DNA of 64,000 nucleotides from a virus (lineage: Duplodnaviria > Caudoviricetes): IMG/VR virus record IMGVR_UViG_2918982202_000003. One strand, given 5' to 3'. Under the pieces are notes generated by a model, which was not told the origin of the DNA, searched no databases, and was given only the letters and a program-made list of their open reading frames with translations. The position numbers and the translations under genes are program-made. This document shows positions 8,825 through 18,939 of this stretch, piece by piece (position 1 is the first letter of the stretch; each line of letters opens with the position of its first letter).

Positions 8825-9276
8825 CGCCCCCCTCTCACGATCGAGAACAGGTCGATGCCGTTCTTCGCGAGCGCCGTGACGCCGGCAACGAAGGCGACCG
8901 CCGTGCCACCGATCCAGATCAGCACTTTCGCTGCGGTCCGCGATGAGGTGATGAAATCCACGGCCCCGTCGAGGTTGCGCAGCTCGCGATCGTTCTTGCC
9001 GTCGATCCAGGCGACCGTCTCGGCCTTCACCGCCATGAGGCGTTCCAGCTTCATCACGTCCGCCTCGCTGAGCGTGTCGAACCATTTGCGGAGGTGAGCT
9101 GGGAACATATGGATGTCCCGGCCATCGCGACGGCCTTGGCTTTCCATCAGCTGCCGGTCGAACCGTTCGCCGAGTTCGGTGTTCGGTGGCGCCGGCATCC
9201 GGTCAGGCATCTGCCCCTCGAGGAGACGGACGAGTTCGCGCGCACGCTCAAGGGACACCTCTTTTCGATCCGGCAT
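8821..9276 (-). CDS. Phage membrane protein (possible holin-related)
   Basis: C-terminal TM VLIWIGGTAVAFVAGVTALA; located in the lysis cassette. Confidence 0.55.
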   Translation of the reverse strand: MPDRKEVSLERARELVRLLEGQMPDRMPAPPNTELGERFDRQLMESQGRRDGRDIHMFPAHLRKWFDTLSEADVMKLERLMAVKAETVAWIDGKNDRELRNLDGAVDFITSSRTAAKVLIWIGGTAVAFVAGVTALAKNGIDLFSIVRGGR

Positions 9277-9284
9277 GCCATCTC

Positions 9285-9491
9285 TCAGCGTCCACCCGCA
9301 GCCGGGGCTTCACACGCCGCCCGCCACTTCGCGTTCAGGCCCCGGAGCTGCCGGCGGGTCTCCGCCGTGTCCTTCGCCGAGTAGAGGACCGGCGCCGTCA
9401 TCGTCCGGCAGAACCGGGCGGCGGGCGGCGTCGGGTCGGGGCTCTGGCAGGCGAACACGAAAAAGCCCGCTACGGTGCAGGTGATCAGCAC
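9285..9491 (-). CDS. o-spanin-like (Rz1-like) lipoprotein
   Basis: Lipobox-like FVFAC, Pro-rich linker, two further Cys; follows an Rz-like gene. Confidence 0.6.
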   Translation of the reverse strand: MLITCTVAGFFVFACQSPDPTPPAARFCRTMTAPVLYSAKDTAETRRQLRGLNAKWRAACEAPAAGGR

Positions 9492-9494
9492 GGC

Positions 9495-9725
9495 TCAGTC
9501 CTTCCGGAGGTCTCGGGAGTCGTCGGCCTCGTCCGCTGCGGCCGCACCAGCGCGTTCGGCGGCGGCTTCCTGGCGCTCGGCCTCGGCGCGGGCGGTGTTC
9601 GCCTGCGTTGCCGCGCCGAGGTCGCGCAAGACCTCCTCCGCGCGCTGGCGGGCCGCCCAATCGTTGACGGCCCGCACGAGGAAGGTGATGAACGCGGACG
9701 CCCACCACGGGAGGGTGAACGGCAC
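9495..9725 (-). CDS. i-spanin-like (Rz-like) protein
   Basis: N-terminal hydrophobic segment plus Ala/Glu-rich coiled coil; downstream of the holin. Confidence 0.55.
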   Translation of the reverse strand: MPFTLPWWASAFITFLVRAVNDWAARQRAEEVLRDLGAATQANTARAEAERQEAAAERAGAAAADEADDSRDLRKD

Positions 9726-9726
9726 G

Positions 9727-10023
9727 TCAGCGCACCGTCACCTTGGCGTCGTCCACGCGATCGACGAGCTTCGGGGCAGCCTTAATCGCGGACACCTCGG
9801 GGAGCTTCGCGGCGGACGCGACGATGCCGGCCGGGCGGCGCATCCACACGCCGTAGACCGCGGCGGCAAGGGCTGCGACGCCGCCGATGACGGCGGTCAG
9901 CAGGGTCGCGTCGCTGATGAAGTCGACCTGCTCCTGCGTGGCCCAGCCACGGCCGACGAGGATGCTGCCGACGGCAACGATGAGGATACGCGCCAGGGAC
10001 GCGATTTGCGCGGTGTTCATCAT
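9727..10023 (-). CDS. Putative holin
   Basis: Two TM helices, basic C-terminus, dual Met-Met start; between endolysin and spanins. Confidence 0.7.
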   Translation of the reverse strand: MMNTAQIASLARILIVAVGSILVGRGWATQEQVDFISDATLLTAVIGGVAALAAAVYGVWMRRPAGIVASAAKLPEVSAIKAAPKLVDRVDDAKVTVR

Positions 10024-10216
10024 GGTGATGTCCTGATGGTGGGGATGCACGGCGGGCCCGGCCGGCTCGGGATCACGAATTGGTCAAGCAAGGTCGAGGC
10101 GGCTTGAGCGCTGGCGGTCGGTCGCGCATGAGGCGACGCCGCTGGCTCTGCCCGATCAGTCCTGGGTCAGCGGCCGGCGGGCCGGCTCGTACCCCCCTAG
10201 CGGCCGGCTCGCTGAA

Positions 10217-10915
10217 CTATGCTTCGCTCACGCCCGAGCGCGCCCCGGCGATCGTCGTCGGCAGCGTGTGCGGCGCCGGCAGCGGCACGTCGGCCGGCCA
10301 GCGGAAGGCGGTGAACTCCTTGCGGGGGAAGGCCGCGACGGACCACGCATCGCCCTGGTTGCCGCCCAGCAGGAAGATCTGGCTCGCGTTGGCGCCGACG
10401 ACGAAGCCGACATGCCCCTGCCAGGACGAGTTGCCCCGCTTCTTCGTGGCGACGGCGCCGAGGGCCGGCTCCTTCAGCCCGACGCCCCACGCCTCGTAGG
10501 ACCGCGCCGCGAGGCTGCCCGACGGCTTATGGCCGGCCCGCTTGAGCATGGCGCCGACCGCTGCCGCGCACCACGCGACCGAGTCCTGCTTGATGCCGGA
10601 GAAGCCCGCATCGGCGAAGAGCTGCACGACCCGCGGGTTGTTGGCCGCGCCCGGTCCCTCGCGCACGCCGAGTTCGCCCTCGGCGAGCACAAGCCAGCCG
10701 GGTTTCTCCGGCGCCTCGCGCCGTTCGCTGATGTCCGCCTTCTGCAGGGCGGCCTGCGTCTTCGGCCCGGCAATACCGTCGGCCACGAGCCCCGCCGAGC
10801 GCTGGAACGCGGTCACGGCGGCGATGGTGCGGGGACCGGCATCGCCGTCCGCACCCGAGGGTCCGAGGTCATACCCGCGCGCCAAGAGAGCGCGCTGAAT
10901 CACAGCGACGTCCAT
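10217..10915 (-). CDS. Endolysin: peptidoglycan-binding domain plus TIGR02594-type CHAP/NlpC-P60 peptidase
   Basis: DGDAGPRT and DGIAGPKT PG-binding repeats; WCAAAV catalytic Cys, GHVGFV His, GGNQ. Confidence 0.88.
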   Translation of the reverse strand: MDVAVIQRALLARGYDLGPSGADGDAGPRTIAAVTAFQRSAGLVADGIAGPKTQAALQKADISERREAPEKPGWLVLAEGELGVREGPGAANNPRVVQLFADAGFSGIKQDSVAWCAAAVGAMLKRAGHKPSGSLAARSYEAWGVGLKEPALGAVATKKRGNSSWQGHVGFVVGANASQIFLLGGNQGDAWSVAAFPRKEFTAFRWPADVPLPAPHTLPTTIAGARSGVSEA

Positions 10916-10986
10916 GAGGGTGTTCTCCGATCATGTTGGGGGGTCGTCTCAGGCTCGGGCCGGGTGGCGCGGCGAGCGAGTCGGGA

Positions 10987-11283
10987 TCAGGCGGCTTCGA
11001 GGTTCGCCGTCTGCACTGGGAATTGGATCGTCATCCCGGTGGTGTTCACGCCCATCAGGGTGGTGAGCGGCGAGAACTCGGGATCGCACAGCATCACCGT
11101 GCCGATATCGCCGACCATGAACTCGGGCGGGATACCGTCGCGGCGGGTGATCCGGACCCGGTCGCCGAACTTGAACGGCGCCGCCTCGACGCGCCGCAGG
11201 AACTCGGCGTGCACGTGGTCGGCGATGGCCTCGGGCGTATCGAGCGTTTCCGTCGTCGTGACGGTCTTGGTCAGGGTCAGCAT
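10987..11283 (-). CDS. Hypothetical protein (KOW/SH3-like FKFGDRVRIT segment)
   Basis: 98-aa ORF with GGAG RBS. Confidence 0.55.
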   Translation of the reverse strand: MLTLTKTVTTTETLDTPEAIADHVHAEFLRRVEAAPFKFGDRVRITRRDGIPPEFMVGDIGTVMLCDPEFSPLTTLMGVNTTGMTIQFPVQTANLEAA

Positions 11284-11293
11284 GGATCGCTCC

Positions 11294-11743
11294 TCACAGG
11301 GCGGCGGCGCGGGACCACAGCGCATCGAGCGCCGCGGGGTCGTAGGGTTGGCCGGTGGCCGGGTTGGTGAGCAGGCCGCCGAGCTGATCGGTGAGCGGGT
11401 GGTCGCGCTCGAAGGTGGTCGCGCCGGCCAGCATCATGCGCGCGCCGAAGCGGTGGCCGCCCGCCTCGGGGATCTTCGCCAGCGCGGCTTCCATGGCTTC
11501 GGGAAGATCGCCCCGCGCGGCCCAGGCCAGCGCCTCGACTTCGGAGATGGTGCCGGCAAGCGCGAGCGCCTGCGCGAACTGGCGGTCCGAAATCGCGTTG
11601 GCCGGCGCCGTCCAGAGCGGAGCGTCATCGGCCGGCTCGATCGCCCATCCATCCGGCAGGGCTGGCTGGGTCTCCCCTTTCTCGATCACGAGGCAGGTGA
11701 TCTTGCGGCCCTGGTCGTCGCGGATCTGAAGGAACTCGGGCAT
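11294..11743 (-). CDS. Tail-fibre-associated protein
   Basis: ISDRQFAQAL...FERDHPL...LDALW pattern; directly follows the fibre gene. Confidence 0.6.
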   Translation of the reverse strand: MPEFLQIRDDQGRKITCLVIEKGETQPALPDGWAIEPADDAPLWTAPANAISDRQFAQALALAGTISEVEALAWAARGDLPEAMEAALAKIPEAGGHRFGARMMLAGATTFERDHPLTDQLGGLLTNPATGQPYDPAALDALWSRAAAL

Positions 11744-13005
11744 CAGTCGGTCGCCTCGAAGAGCATGGAGAACAGGATGTTGCTCGCGTCCGGGGCGCCC
11801 GCGCTGGCTTCGACCTTGATCGACCAGCGCTCCCCCGCCGCGAACTCGACGCTGTTGACGAGATCGGACGCTTGGTTGGAGCCGGAACCAGAGATCGTGC
11901 AGGTCAGCGCCGTGTCGGAGAACAGCTTCTCCAGCGTGAACTTGTAGGTCTGGTTGGCGCCGGGCGCCCCGCCCGTGATGACCCGCAGGTTCTTGAAGCG
12001 GCCCGCACGTCCCGCCGGCACGTAGGCGAGGGCCGCGTTGATGCCGACCAGGGCGTTGGTGAAGTAGCGGGTCGTGCCGGCCGGCACCGGCGTCGTACCG
12101 CTGTTGCCCGAGACCACCTGCGGCGCGATCACCGGATAGCCGCTGGCTCTCTGATAGTGCCGCACCGTCCAGTTGCCGGCGGCGTCCGACGTGGCCAGGG
12201 CCGTGTCGCCGCCCTGCGTGACGATGTTGCGCCCGCCGGGCAGGACGAGGCTGGGGGCGCTATGGGTGAGGGTCGCGCCCTCGGTGAAGCGCAACAGGCG
12301 CACGAGGTGCTTGCCCGGCCCGAACGACGTGATGACCGCCCCGCCGGTGATCGTCACCTTGCCGGCCGGGGCCGAGCCGAGATCGACCATCGCCGCCGAG
12401 GCCATCGTGGCGCTGCCCTGGCGCAGATCCCCCGTGCCGTTGGCAAGATCGATCAGCAGCGCGTCGCTCGGCGTGGCGCCGTCGGGGAAGGCGCGCAGGG
12501 CCAGCGTCTCGATTGTGGCCACCTGCCCGCCGGTCGGGGTGTAGCTGAGGCTGCGCTGGGAAATGTCGCCCCAGGTCCGGCCGGCGATGGCAAAGGCGAT
12601 GCGCCCGATCGCAGTGCTCGCCACCTTGTCGAGCACGAGCTGACGCGATCCCGCAAACAGGTTGGTGGCGGTGCCGAGCAGGTTGGTGAGCGTCGCCAGC
12701 AGCTTCAGGCTCACCGCCGCCGCGAAGCTGGAATCGGTGCCGTTGAACCCCCGCGTGTCGATCAGGAAGGGCACGCTGTTGTAGGCGGTCGGGATGCTGC
12801 CCGCGGTGGTGAGCGTGCCGCCGTTCGTGCCGTTTGGGACCACCGTGTTGATGATCCAGGCGTCGCCGACAGCCCGATCGCGAGCGCCGAAGCTAATCGT
12901 CATGCCCTGCTGGACGACGGCATTCAGATCCATGCCGGTGATCGCCACCGAGTTGGTGTTCGCGGTGACCGTCGCGGTGGCATTCGAAGGACCGTAGAGA
13001 GGCAT
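11743..13005 (-). CDS. Tail fibre / receptor-binding protein
   Basis: 420 aa, Gly/Thr/Ala-rich beta character, directly after the J-like gene. Confidence 0.75.
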   Translation of the reverse strand: MPLYGPSNATATVTANTNSVAITGMDLNAVVQQGMTISFGARDRAVGDAWIINTVVPNGTNGGTLTTAGSIPTAYNSVPFLIDTRGFNGTDSSFAAAVSLKLLATLTNLLGTATNLFAGSRQLVLDKVASTAIGRIAFAIAGRTWGDISQRSLSYTPTGGQVATIETLALRAFPDGATPSDALLIDLANGTGDLRQGSATMASAAMVDLGSAPAGKVTITGGAVITSFGPGKHLVRLLRFTEGATLTHSAPSLVLPGGRNIVTQGGDTALATSDAAGNWTVRHYQRASGYPVIAPQVVSGNSGTTPVPAGTTRYFTNALVGINAALAYVPAGRAGRFKNLRVITGGAPGANQTYKFTLEKLFSDTALTCTISGSGSNQASDLVNSVEFAAGERWSIKVEASAGAPDASNILFSMLFEATD

Positions 13006-13088
13006 AGGCGAGCGTCCTCAGAAGCGAGGGGATGGCAGAGCGGAGTTGTTCGCGGGGTCGGGCGGAAGGCGCTCAGAGGCGCGGCGGC

Positions 13089-16000
13089 TCAAGAGCCGGT
13101 GATCTCGAAGAAGGTGTAGGCGACGCCGGCTTGGCCGTTGGTTGCGGCAATCGTGTAGGTGCGCTCGCCGGGCGGCGGCACGTCGCGGTAGAACGCCTCT
13201 GTGCCGAGGGTTTGGACCGTGTTCCCGTTGGCCGCGCGCGTTACGTAGTAGTTCATGCCCTTATCGCGCAGAGCGACGCCATCGCGCGCGATGCGCAAGA
13301 TACCTTGCTGGCCCGGCGCCAAGGGTTGGTCCGGTTGTCCGTAGAACTCGGCAAAGATCAGCACCGCGGACCCAGGCCGAACATTCACCTTGAAGCTAAT
13401 GGAGTTGGAGTTGGGGTCGAAGCCGGCATTCGACTGAGAGATACTGTTCGGCAGCAGATTGCCCGGCCCGACACGAAGAGTGTCGATGTACGTCTCGGCA
13501 CCGGTAAAGCGGAACGGATAGGTCGTCCCTCCGTTGGCGGTGAAGGCGATCAGGTTTGCGTCGAACAGGATCCGGGACGAACCATCGCCCAGGATGTCCA
13601 TGAACAGGCCGGAGTTGCGGTAGAAGCCATTCCGCTCGGTCGAAAGCTGGATCGAGAACCGGACCGCCACACCGGCCGGCGCCGACACTCCCTCGAACCT
13701 GATCCGGCCGAACGCGGTGCCGGCATCCGAGCGCGCATACAGATCGATGTTGGTGCCAGCCTGCGCCTGTACCGTGTTCGAGAGCGCGGTGGAGACTTGG
13801 TTGATCGTGCCTTCGTTGTTCCCGACCCGCGCGCCGAGGCCGCCGATCTGCTGACTGAGCGCCCCCTCCGTGTCGATGCGAGCACGCTCCGAGGCGAGAA
13901 AGTAGGCCCGGTCGCTGTCCGTTTGCCTACCGAGGCCTTGCAGGAAGTTCCGGTCACCGTCGGTCTGCGCCTCCAGACGGGTGGTGCGCTCCGCCTGCGC
14001 ACTGACGGCGTCGGCCCGCGCCCTCTGTTCCGTGACCAATCCTGCCTCGACGCCGCCGACACGCGCATTCGTCGTGTCGATGCGCTGGCTTAGCGCGCTG
14101 TCGCCGTCGGCATAGGCCCTGAACAGCGTCTGGATGTTGCCTTCGGCCGTAGCGACCTTGCCCTCCACGGTCCCGAAGCGCGCGTTGACGCCCTGGAACT
14201 GCGAGGCGGTGGCGCTCTGATTATCCGTAACGGCCCTGCCGAGGCTCGTGATGCCCGCCTCGTTGGTGCCGGTTCGGGCCTCGAGGCTGGCGGCACGCTG
14301 CGATAGGGCGCCGGTCTCGCTGGCGCGTGTCTGCTCCTCCGTCACGATCCGCGCTTCGGCGGTCCCGATCCGCGAGACCGCCCCGTCGATGCGGGTCGTC
14401 TGCGCCGCATCGGCCGCGGCCCGCACCTGGATCTCTGAGGTGACGTCGGCCGCGACCTTGCCGACCTGCGCCGAAAGCAAGGTCTGGCTCTGCACCAGGG
14501 CTTCGCCGTTGCCGGCAATCGCCCGCGTGACGGTCACGAACTGCGCCGCCGTGTCGCCCTGGAAGGCGAGCAACCGCGTGGACACCTCGGCGACGGACCG
14601 GCCCGCCTCGTCGAAGTTGGCGGAGGTGGCGGTCTCGGCGCGGGCAACGTGCTCGTACAGGCCCCCGGTTTGCTCGCCGAGGTAGTCGAGCATCTGCGCC
14701 AGCGTGCCGACCATCAGCGGCAGATCGACGGCGCTCGTGCCGGCGGCGGTGACGACGTTGCGGATGCTGCCCTCTGTCGCTGAAATGCGGGTCTCGGCGC
14801 TGCTCAAGCGCACGCCTTGCGCATTGACCGTAGTGAGCGTGGCCCGCTGCTCGATCGCCGCGCCTTGTGCGGTGATGGTCTGCTCGGCCGTGCCGAGACG
14901 TGCACTCACCCCGTCGAACTGCGCCGAGGTCGCCAGCGTCGAGACCGTCGCGGCCACGGCATCGAGGCGAACGCGGACGGCGTTGATGTCGGTGACGAGG
15001 CCCGACACGTCCTTGCCCTGGACCGAGCCGTAGAGGTCGATCTGCCCCTTGAGCGCATCGACCAGCACGGAGAGCGAGGTCAGGCGCTGGCCGGTCTCGG
15101 CCTCCAGCTTCGCCACGGCAGCGATGCGGACGCGGCCTTCGTCCGGCAAGATCTCGATGCCGGCCGCCGCCTGATTGTCGCGCAGGGTCGCCACGTCGGC
15201 GAGCAGCCGGAAGGTCGCCTCGTTCAGAAGCGAGATGTCCTTGCGGACGTCGCCCATGACGGCATCGACGAACCCGATCCGCACGGACGGGTCCGCAGCG
15301 AGCGCGCGGCGCAGGTCGTCGAGACGGCCATAGGCGCTGGCGAGGGCGCTGGCCGCTTCTTGGCTCGCGGCGTCGGCGGCTTCCTGCGCCGCATCGGCCG
15401 CGGCTTGGGCGGCGGTGATGAGCCCCTGCGCATCCGGACCCAGCTTCTCGTAGGGGAGCGGCTCCAAGTTGGTGACGTCGATCAGACCGCCGTCGATCAC
15501 GAGGCTCGGCGCTTCGACCCGAACGATCGACCAAGCTCCGCGCGGCCCGGCGACTGTCACGCCACGGACGCGCACCATCATCTGGTCCGAGCCGCCGACG
15601 ACAGCCTCGAACGTGGTCCGGTCGCCCTCGTAGGCCCCGATCCACGACCCGCCGTTATCGTAGGAGACCTGCGCCTCGTAGCTCACCGCGTTCTTGGCCG
15701 GCTGCCAGCCGGCGGTGAGGATGAGCGCCGCCTGCCGCTGGGCGATGTTCGCCATCAGCGCGGCAATCACCGGCAGCGCGGAGGAGAACAGGTCGGGGAT
15801 CTGCAGGAGCGGCGGAACGCCGTCCTCGTTGGTCGTGTAGACCTCGGCGGCGTCGATCACGCCGGACAGGTGGATGTGCTCGCCGTCCTGATCGGGATCG
15901 CCGTCGGTGATCAGCACCGGGAACGAACGGGGCTGGCCCGGCGAGAAGGCGAGCCATGCCGGCTCCTGTGTGTCGGAGCGGCCCACCGCATCCGCCAGGG

Positions 16001-18167
16001 TCACGCCGCCCGCCTGTGAGACGCTGACGATCGCCTCGGCGTCGTTGGCGCCGCGGGTCACCCGCACCGGTCCCCACGGGCTTCCGTCGCGGCGGCGGAT
16101 CTCGGCGTAGTGGTTGGCGCCCGCCTCCCATGCCGGGGCCGGGTCGAGCGTCAGGCGCCGCGACGCCGACTGGAACCCCACGACCTCGCAGGACTGCCCC
16201 CAGGTCTCCGGCTCCTCGGTCGTGATGCGCACGAGGTCGCCGCGCTTGAGCAACCGCCCTTCCATGCGGGCGGTCCACGACACGGTGATGCGGCGGTACT
16301 GGCTCTCGGCCGCCATCATCCGGACCATGCCGGCGGCCTGCTTGCGGTTGACCACGCCTTCGAGCTGCACGCGGGCCGGCTTCAGTAGGACCACGCCATC
16401 CGGCGCGGACGAGACCTCCGCGAGGCGCCACGTCGTCTCGTCGACGTACTCGCCCACCATGCCGTCGGCCCAGGCCTCGTCCGAGAGCGCGTAATCGATT
16501 TCCAGCGTGTCGCGGACGATGTCGTTGTCGGTGAACAACATCCGCGGCAGGGCGCGCGGTTCGTCACGGGTGATCGTGAGCTTGTCGCCCACCGGCGCCG
16601 GGAAGGCGCGACCCGCCTTCAGCACGGTCTCGAGTACGTCGTCGAGGAGCGGAACCTCGGTGAAGCGGTGATCGAAGGTGTGGCCGAGTGCGTCCCAGAG
16701 CGCGGCGTGGCGCACGAAGTCGGAAAACTCGATATCCGAGATGCTGAGCCCGGCCGCGTAGTCGCCGTTGCGCCACCAATCGAGCGCGGCCCAGGCGATG
16801 GAGCGCGTCGGCTCCTCCACGAACTGCCCGTCCCGCCAGACCGGCAGGATGCGGGTGCCAATTACGCGCATCTGGCCGCCCGAGACGCCGGATAGCTGTT
16901 TCGAGGCGACGCCCTTCACCGCGAGCGTCGTGACGCGCGGGAAGGACTGCGGCCCGTCGATGTGCGCCCGCAGCGCGGTCCACGTTACGTCGTCGGTGCC
17001 GCCGATCTTGGCGATGCCGCTGTCGTTGACGCTCGGGTTGCGACGGCGCCCGCGGACCTCGTACCGGCCCGGCGCTACGTCGACCCGTTCCGTGACCCGG
17101 ATCTGGCTCTGCTTCGCCTGGCTGTAGACCTTCTGGAAGACGGTGACCCATCCGCCGGTGGCCGCGCCGGCATCGTTCACCGTGCGCGCCTGGACCTCGA
17201 TGTCCGTGTTGGCGGCGAGCGTCCGGTCCTTGAAGGTGACGTAGGCGCCGCCCGGCCAGACGAAGTCGAGCAGGAGCTGCTTGGCCTGCGTGCCTGCGGC
17301 GTTGACGATGTAACCCGGCGTGAACTCGGTCGCGAGTTCGGCCCCGCTCAGCTCGTCGGCCGTGACAACGTTGACCGGGTAGAGCGTGACCTGCGCGCCG
17401 GGCTCGACGATCTGGATCTCGATGCCGGGATAGTCGGGGCTGGGGCCGCTCTCGTAGTGCCAGATCGGGGTGTCGCCGATCAGCAGCTGCTCCACCCGCA
17501 TCCGACCGCAGGTCAGCGCGTAGAGCGCGTAGTCGGTCATCGCGTCGCCGGCATACTCGCTGTAGGTCGGCGCGGCGTAGTCGGGGGCGAAGCGCAATCG
17601 GCCGTTCAGCACCGGGATCGGCTGCATGGGTCGCGCGGCGTTGCCTTGGAGCCCGAACGAGTAGAGCGCGTCGGTGCTGTTGGTCTTGCCGCCGGACTTC
17701 GGCTGGAGAAAGTGCGAAATCGCGAGCGAGCCTGCGCCTACGATGACGGCCGACGCAATTGAGGTCGCGACCGTCAGCGCGGTGCCCGTGAGGCCCGCAG
17801 CCCCCGCGATGGCGCCCCCGAGCGGCCCGGACACCGCGGTGAGCGCGACCAGAGCGACGACGGACAGGATCGTCTTGCCGGCAGAGGGGCCGTTCGAGCC
17901 TCCGCCGAGCGGACGGCTGACGAACTCGACGTTGTCGTTGACCGCCAGCGCCCGCGTCTCCCACTCGGCCCGTGCATAGAACTCGCCGTTGATCCGACAT
18001 ACGGTCGGCAGGTCGAACCGCCACGCGACGCGCGCGAGGTAGGCGGCCACGGTCTCGCCCATGGCGGCCTGCGCCTCGGCGATCGGCAGCACGATGGCGC
18101 CGCTCTCGCAGAGCGAAGGGTCCGCCGGGTCGAAGACCTGGAGGTTATGGCGGACGGCAATCTGCAT
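13089..18167 (-). CDS. Tail tip / host-specificity protein (lambda J-like)
   Basis: Likely start MQIAVRHN at 18167; N-terminal I-like part with PIPVLNGR, central FnIII-like WQPAKNAVSYE, long helical region, C-terminal fibre domain. Confidence 0.88.
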   Translation of the reverse strand: MQIAVRHNLQVFDPADPSLCESGAIVLPIAEAQAAMGETVAAYLARVAWRFDLPTVCRINGEFYARAEWETRALAVNDNVEFVSRPLGGGSNGPSAGKTILSVVALVALTAVSGPLGGAIAGAAGLTGTALTVATSIASAVIVGAGSLAISHFLQPKSGGKTNSTDALYSFGLQGNAARPMQPIPVLNGRLRFAPDYAAPTYSEYAGDAMTDYALYALTCGRMRVEQLLIGDTPIWHYESGPSPDYPGIEIQIVEPGAQVTLYPVNVVTADELSGAELATEFTPGYIVNAAGTQAKQLLLDFVWPGGAYVTFKDRTLAANTDIEVQARTVNDAGAATGGWVTVFQKVYSQAKQSQIRVTERVDVAPGRYEVRGRRRNPSVNDSGIAKIGGTDDVTWTALRAHIDGPQSFPRVTTLAVKGVASKQLSGVSGGQMRVIGTRILPVWRDGQFVEEPTRSIAWAALDWWRNGDYAAGLSISDIEFSDFVRHAALWDALGHTFDHRFTEVPLLDDVLETVLKAGRAFPAPVGDKLTITRDEPRALPRMLFTDNDIVRDTLEIDYALSDEAWADGMVGEYVDETTWRLAEVSSAPDGVVLLKPARVQLEGVVNRKQAAGMVRMMAAESQYRRITVSWTARMEGRLLKRGDLVRITTEEPETWGQSCEVVGFQSASRRLTLDPAPAWEAGANHYAEIRRRDGSPWGPVRVTRGANDAEAIVSVSQAGGVTLADAVGRSDTQEPAWLAFSPGQPRSFPVLITDGDPDQDGEHIHLSGVIDAAEVYTTNEDGVPPLLQIPDLFSSALPVIAALMANIAQRQAALILTAGWQPAKNAVSYEAQVSYDNGGSWIGAYEGDRTTFEAVVGGSDQMMVRVRGVTVAGPRGAWSIVRVEAPSLVIDGGLIDVTNLEPLPYEKLGPDAQGLITAAQAAADAAQEAADAASQEAASALASAYGRLDDLRRALAADPSVRIGFVDAVMGDVRKDISLLNEATFRLLADVATLRDNQAAAGIEILPDEGRVRIAAVAKLEAETGQRLTSLSVLVDALKGQIDLYGSVQGKDVSGLVTDINAVRVRLDAVAATVSTLATSAQFDGVSARLGTAEQTITAQGAAIEQRATLTTVNAQGVRLSSAETRISATEGSIRNVVTAAGTSAVDLPLMVGTLAQMLDYLGEQTGGLYEHVARAETATSANFDEAGRSVAEVSTRLLAFQGDTAAQFVTVTRAIAGNGEALVQSQTLLSAQVGKVAADVTSEIQVRAAADAAQTTRIDGAVSRIGTAEARIVTEEQTRASETGALSQRAASLEARTGTNEAGITSLGRAVTDNQSATASQFQGVNARFGTVEGKVATAEGNIQTLFRAYADGDSALSQRIDTTNARVGGVEAGLVTEQRARADAVSAQAERTTRLEAQTDGDRNFLQGLGRQTDSDRAYFLASERARIDTEGALSQQIGGLGARVGNNEGTINQVSTALSNTVQAQAGTNIDLYARSDAGTAFGRIRFEGVSAPAGVAVRFSIQLSTERNGFYRNSGLFMDILGDGSSRILFDANLIAFTANGGTTYPFRFTGAETYIDTLRVGPGNLLPNSISQSNAGFDPNSNSISFKVNVRPGSAVLIFAEFYGQPDQPLAPGQQGILRIARDGVALRDKGMNYYVTRAANGNTVQTLGTEAFYRDVPPPGERTYTIAATNGQAGVAYTFFEITGS

Positions 18168-18197
18168 GGTATTGGCGGCACAACCTGGGAGGCTGAG

Positions 18198-18533
18198 ATG
18201 AAGTACGCGGTGGCGGCTATCGTGTGTGCCGCGGCGCTGGCGGGGTGCGCGGGCACGCAATCGCAGATGCGCCTTCTGGAAAATCAAAACGCTTTGCGTA
18301 TCGAGCCGACTAGCGGTCCGGGTTACGACTACACTGTCGTCGTCAAGAATGTGAAAGATGTCGGCTACAACCCAGACAACAAAGCTGACCGCGACGACAT
18401 TGCTCTGCGCGCTATTGCCGCCCAATGCCCGAACGCAGCAATCACTAAGGAAGAAGCGATTGAGACGGGCACTTACCTGCTAGGTAATCCGTCGCGAGAT
18501 TACTTCATGCGGATACGGTGCCGGCCCACCTGA
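18198..18533 (+). CDS. Lipoprotein moron, antisense within the tail operon
   Basis: GGGAGG RBS, lipobox LAGC, two further Cys; AT-richer than flanks. Confidence 0.75.
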   Translation: MKYAVAAIVCAAALAGCAGTQSQMRLLENQNALRIEPTSGPGYDYTVVVKNVKDVGYNPDNKADRDDIALRAIAAQCPNAAITKEEAIETGTYLLGNPSRDYFMRIRCRPT

Positions 18534-18939
18534 AGATCCGCAGGTAGTGGAAGCCGATCGCGCGCAGCGATGGCAAGTCGTCCGCCACCACGCCGGCCCG
18601 CTCGTTGATGTGCAGCACCACGCCCGCGGTCGCCGGCACGACGTAGGTGCCGAGGTGGAAGTCGCGGCCGGCCACGTTCCCCATCAGCACGAGGTCGCCG
18701 TCTTGGGCCTCGTGCTCGGGGATCTCGCGCCAGTTCTTCCGCTCTGCGTGGCTCAGCATCGCCTCGGCCTGCTGCCGGGTCGTAGCTGCCACGAAGGGCA
18801 GTTCCGGCATCGGCACGTCATACAGCGCCGCCTGGACGTGACGGGCGAGGCCGTAGCAGTCGAAGGCGTCTGGTCCCAACGCGCCGATCAGGTAGGGGCG
18901 GCCGATCAGGTCGGAGAGGAAGGCGATGCGATCGGTCAT
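18505..18939 (-). CDS. NlpC/P60 tail tip protein (lambda K-like)
   Basis: IGRPY...FDCYGL, GDLVLM, FHLG, VLH motifs. Confidence 0.85.
   Translation of the reverse strand: MTDRIAFLSDLIGRPYLIGALGPDAFDCYGLARHVQAALYDVPMPELPFVAATTRQQAEAMLSHAERKNWREIPEHEAQDGDLVLMGNVAGRDFHLGTYVVPATAGVVLHINERAGVVADDLPSLRAIGFHYLRIFRWAGTVSA

Noticed and set aside
10268-11947. Long antisense ORFs (also 29997-31346, 44264-45313, 52247-53614, 53569-54654, 62945-63895)
   Set aside because: Stop-poor shadows of high-GC genes on the other strand, with no motifs.
11743-18167. Diversity-generating retroelement or invertible tail-fibre switch
   Set aside because: No reverse transcriptase, no template/variable repeat pair, and no invertase or inverted repeats were seen.
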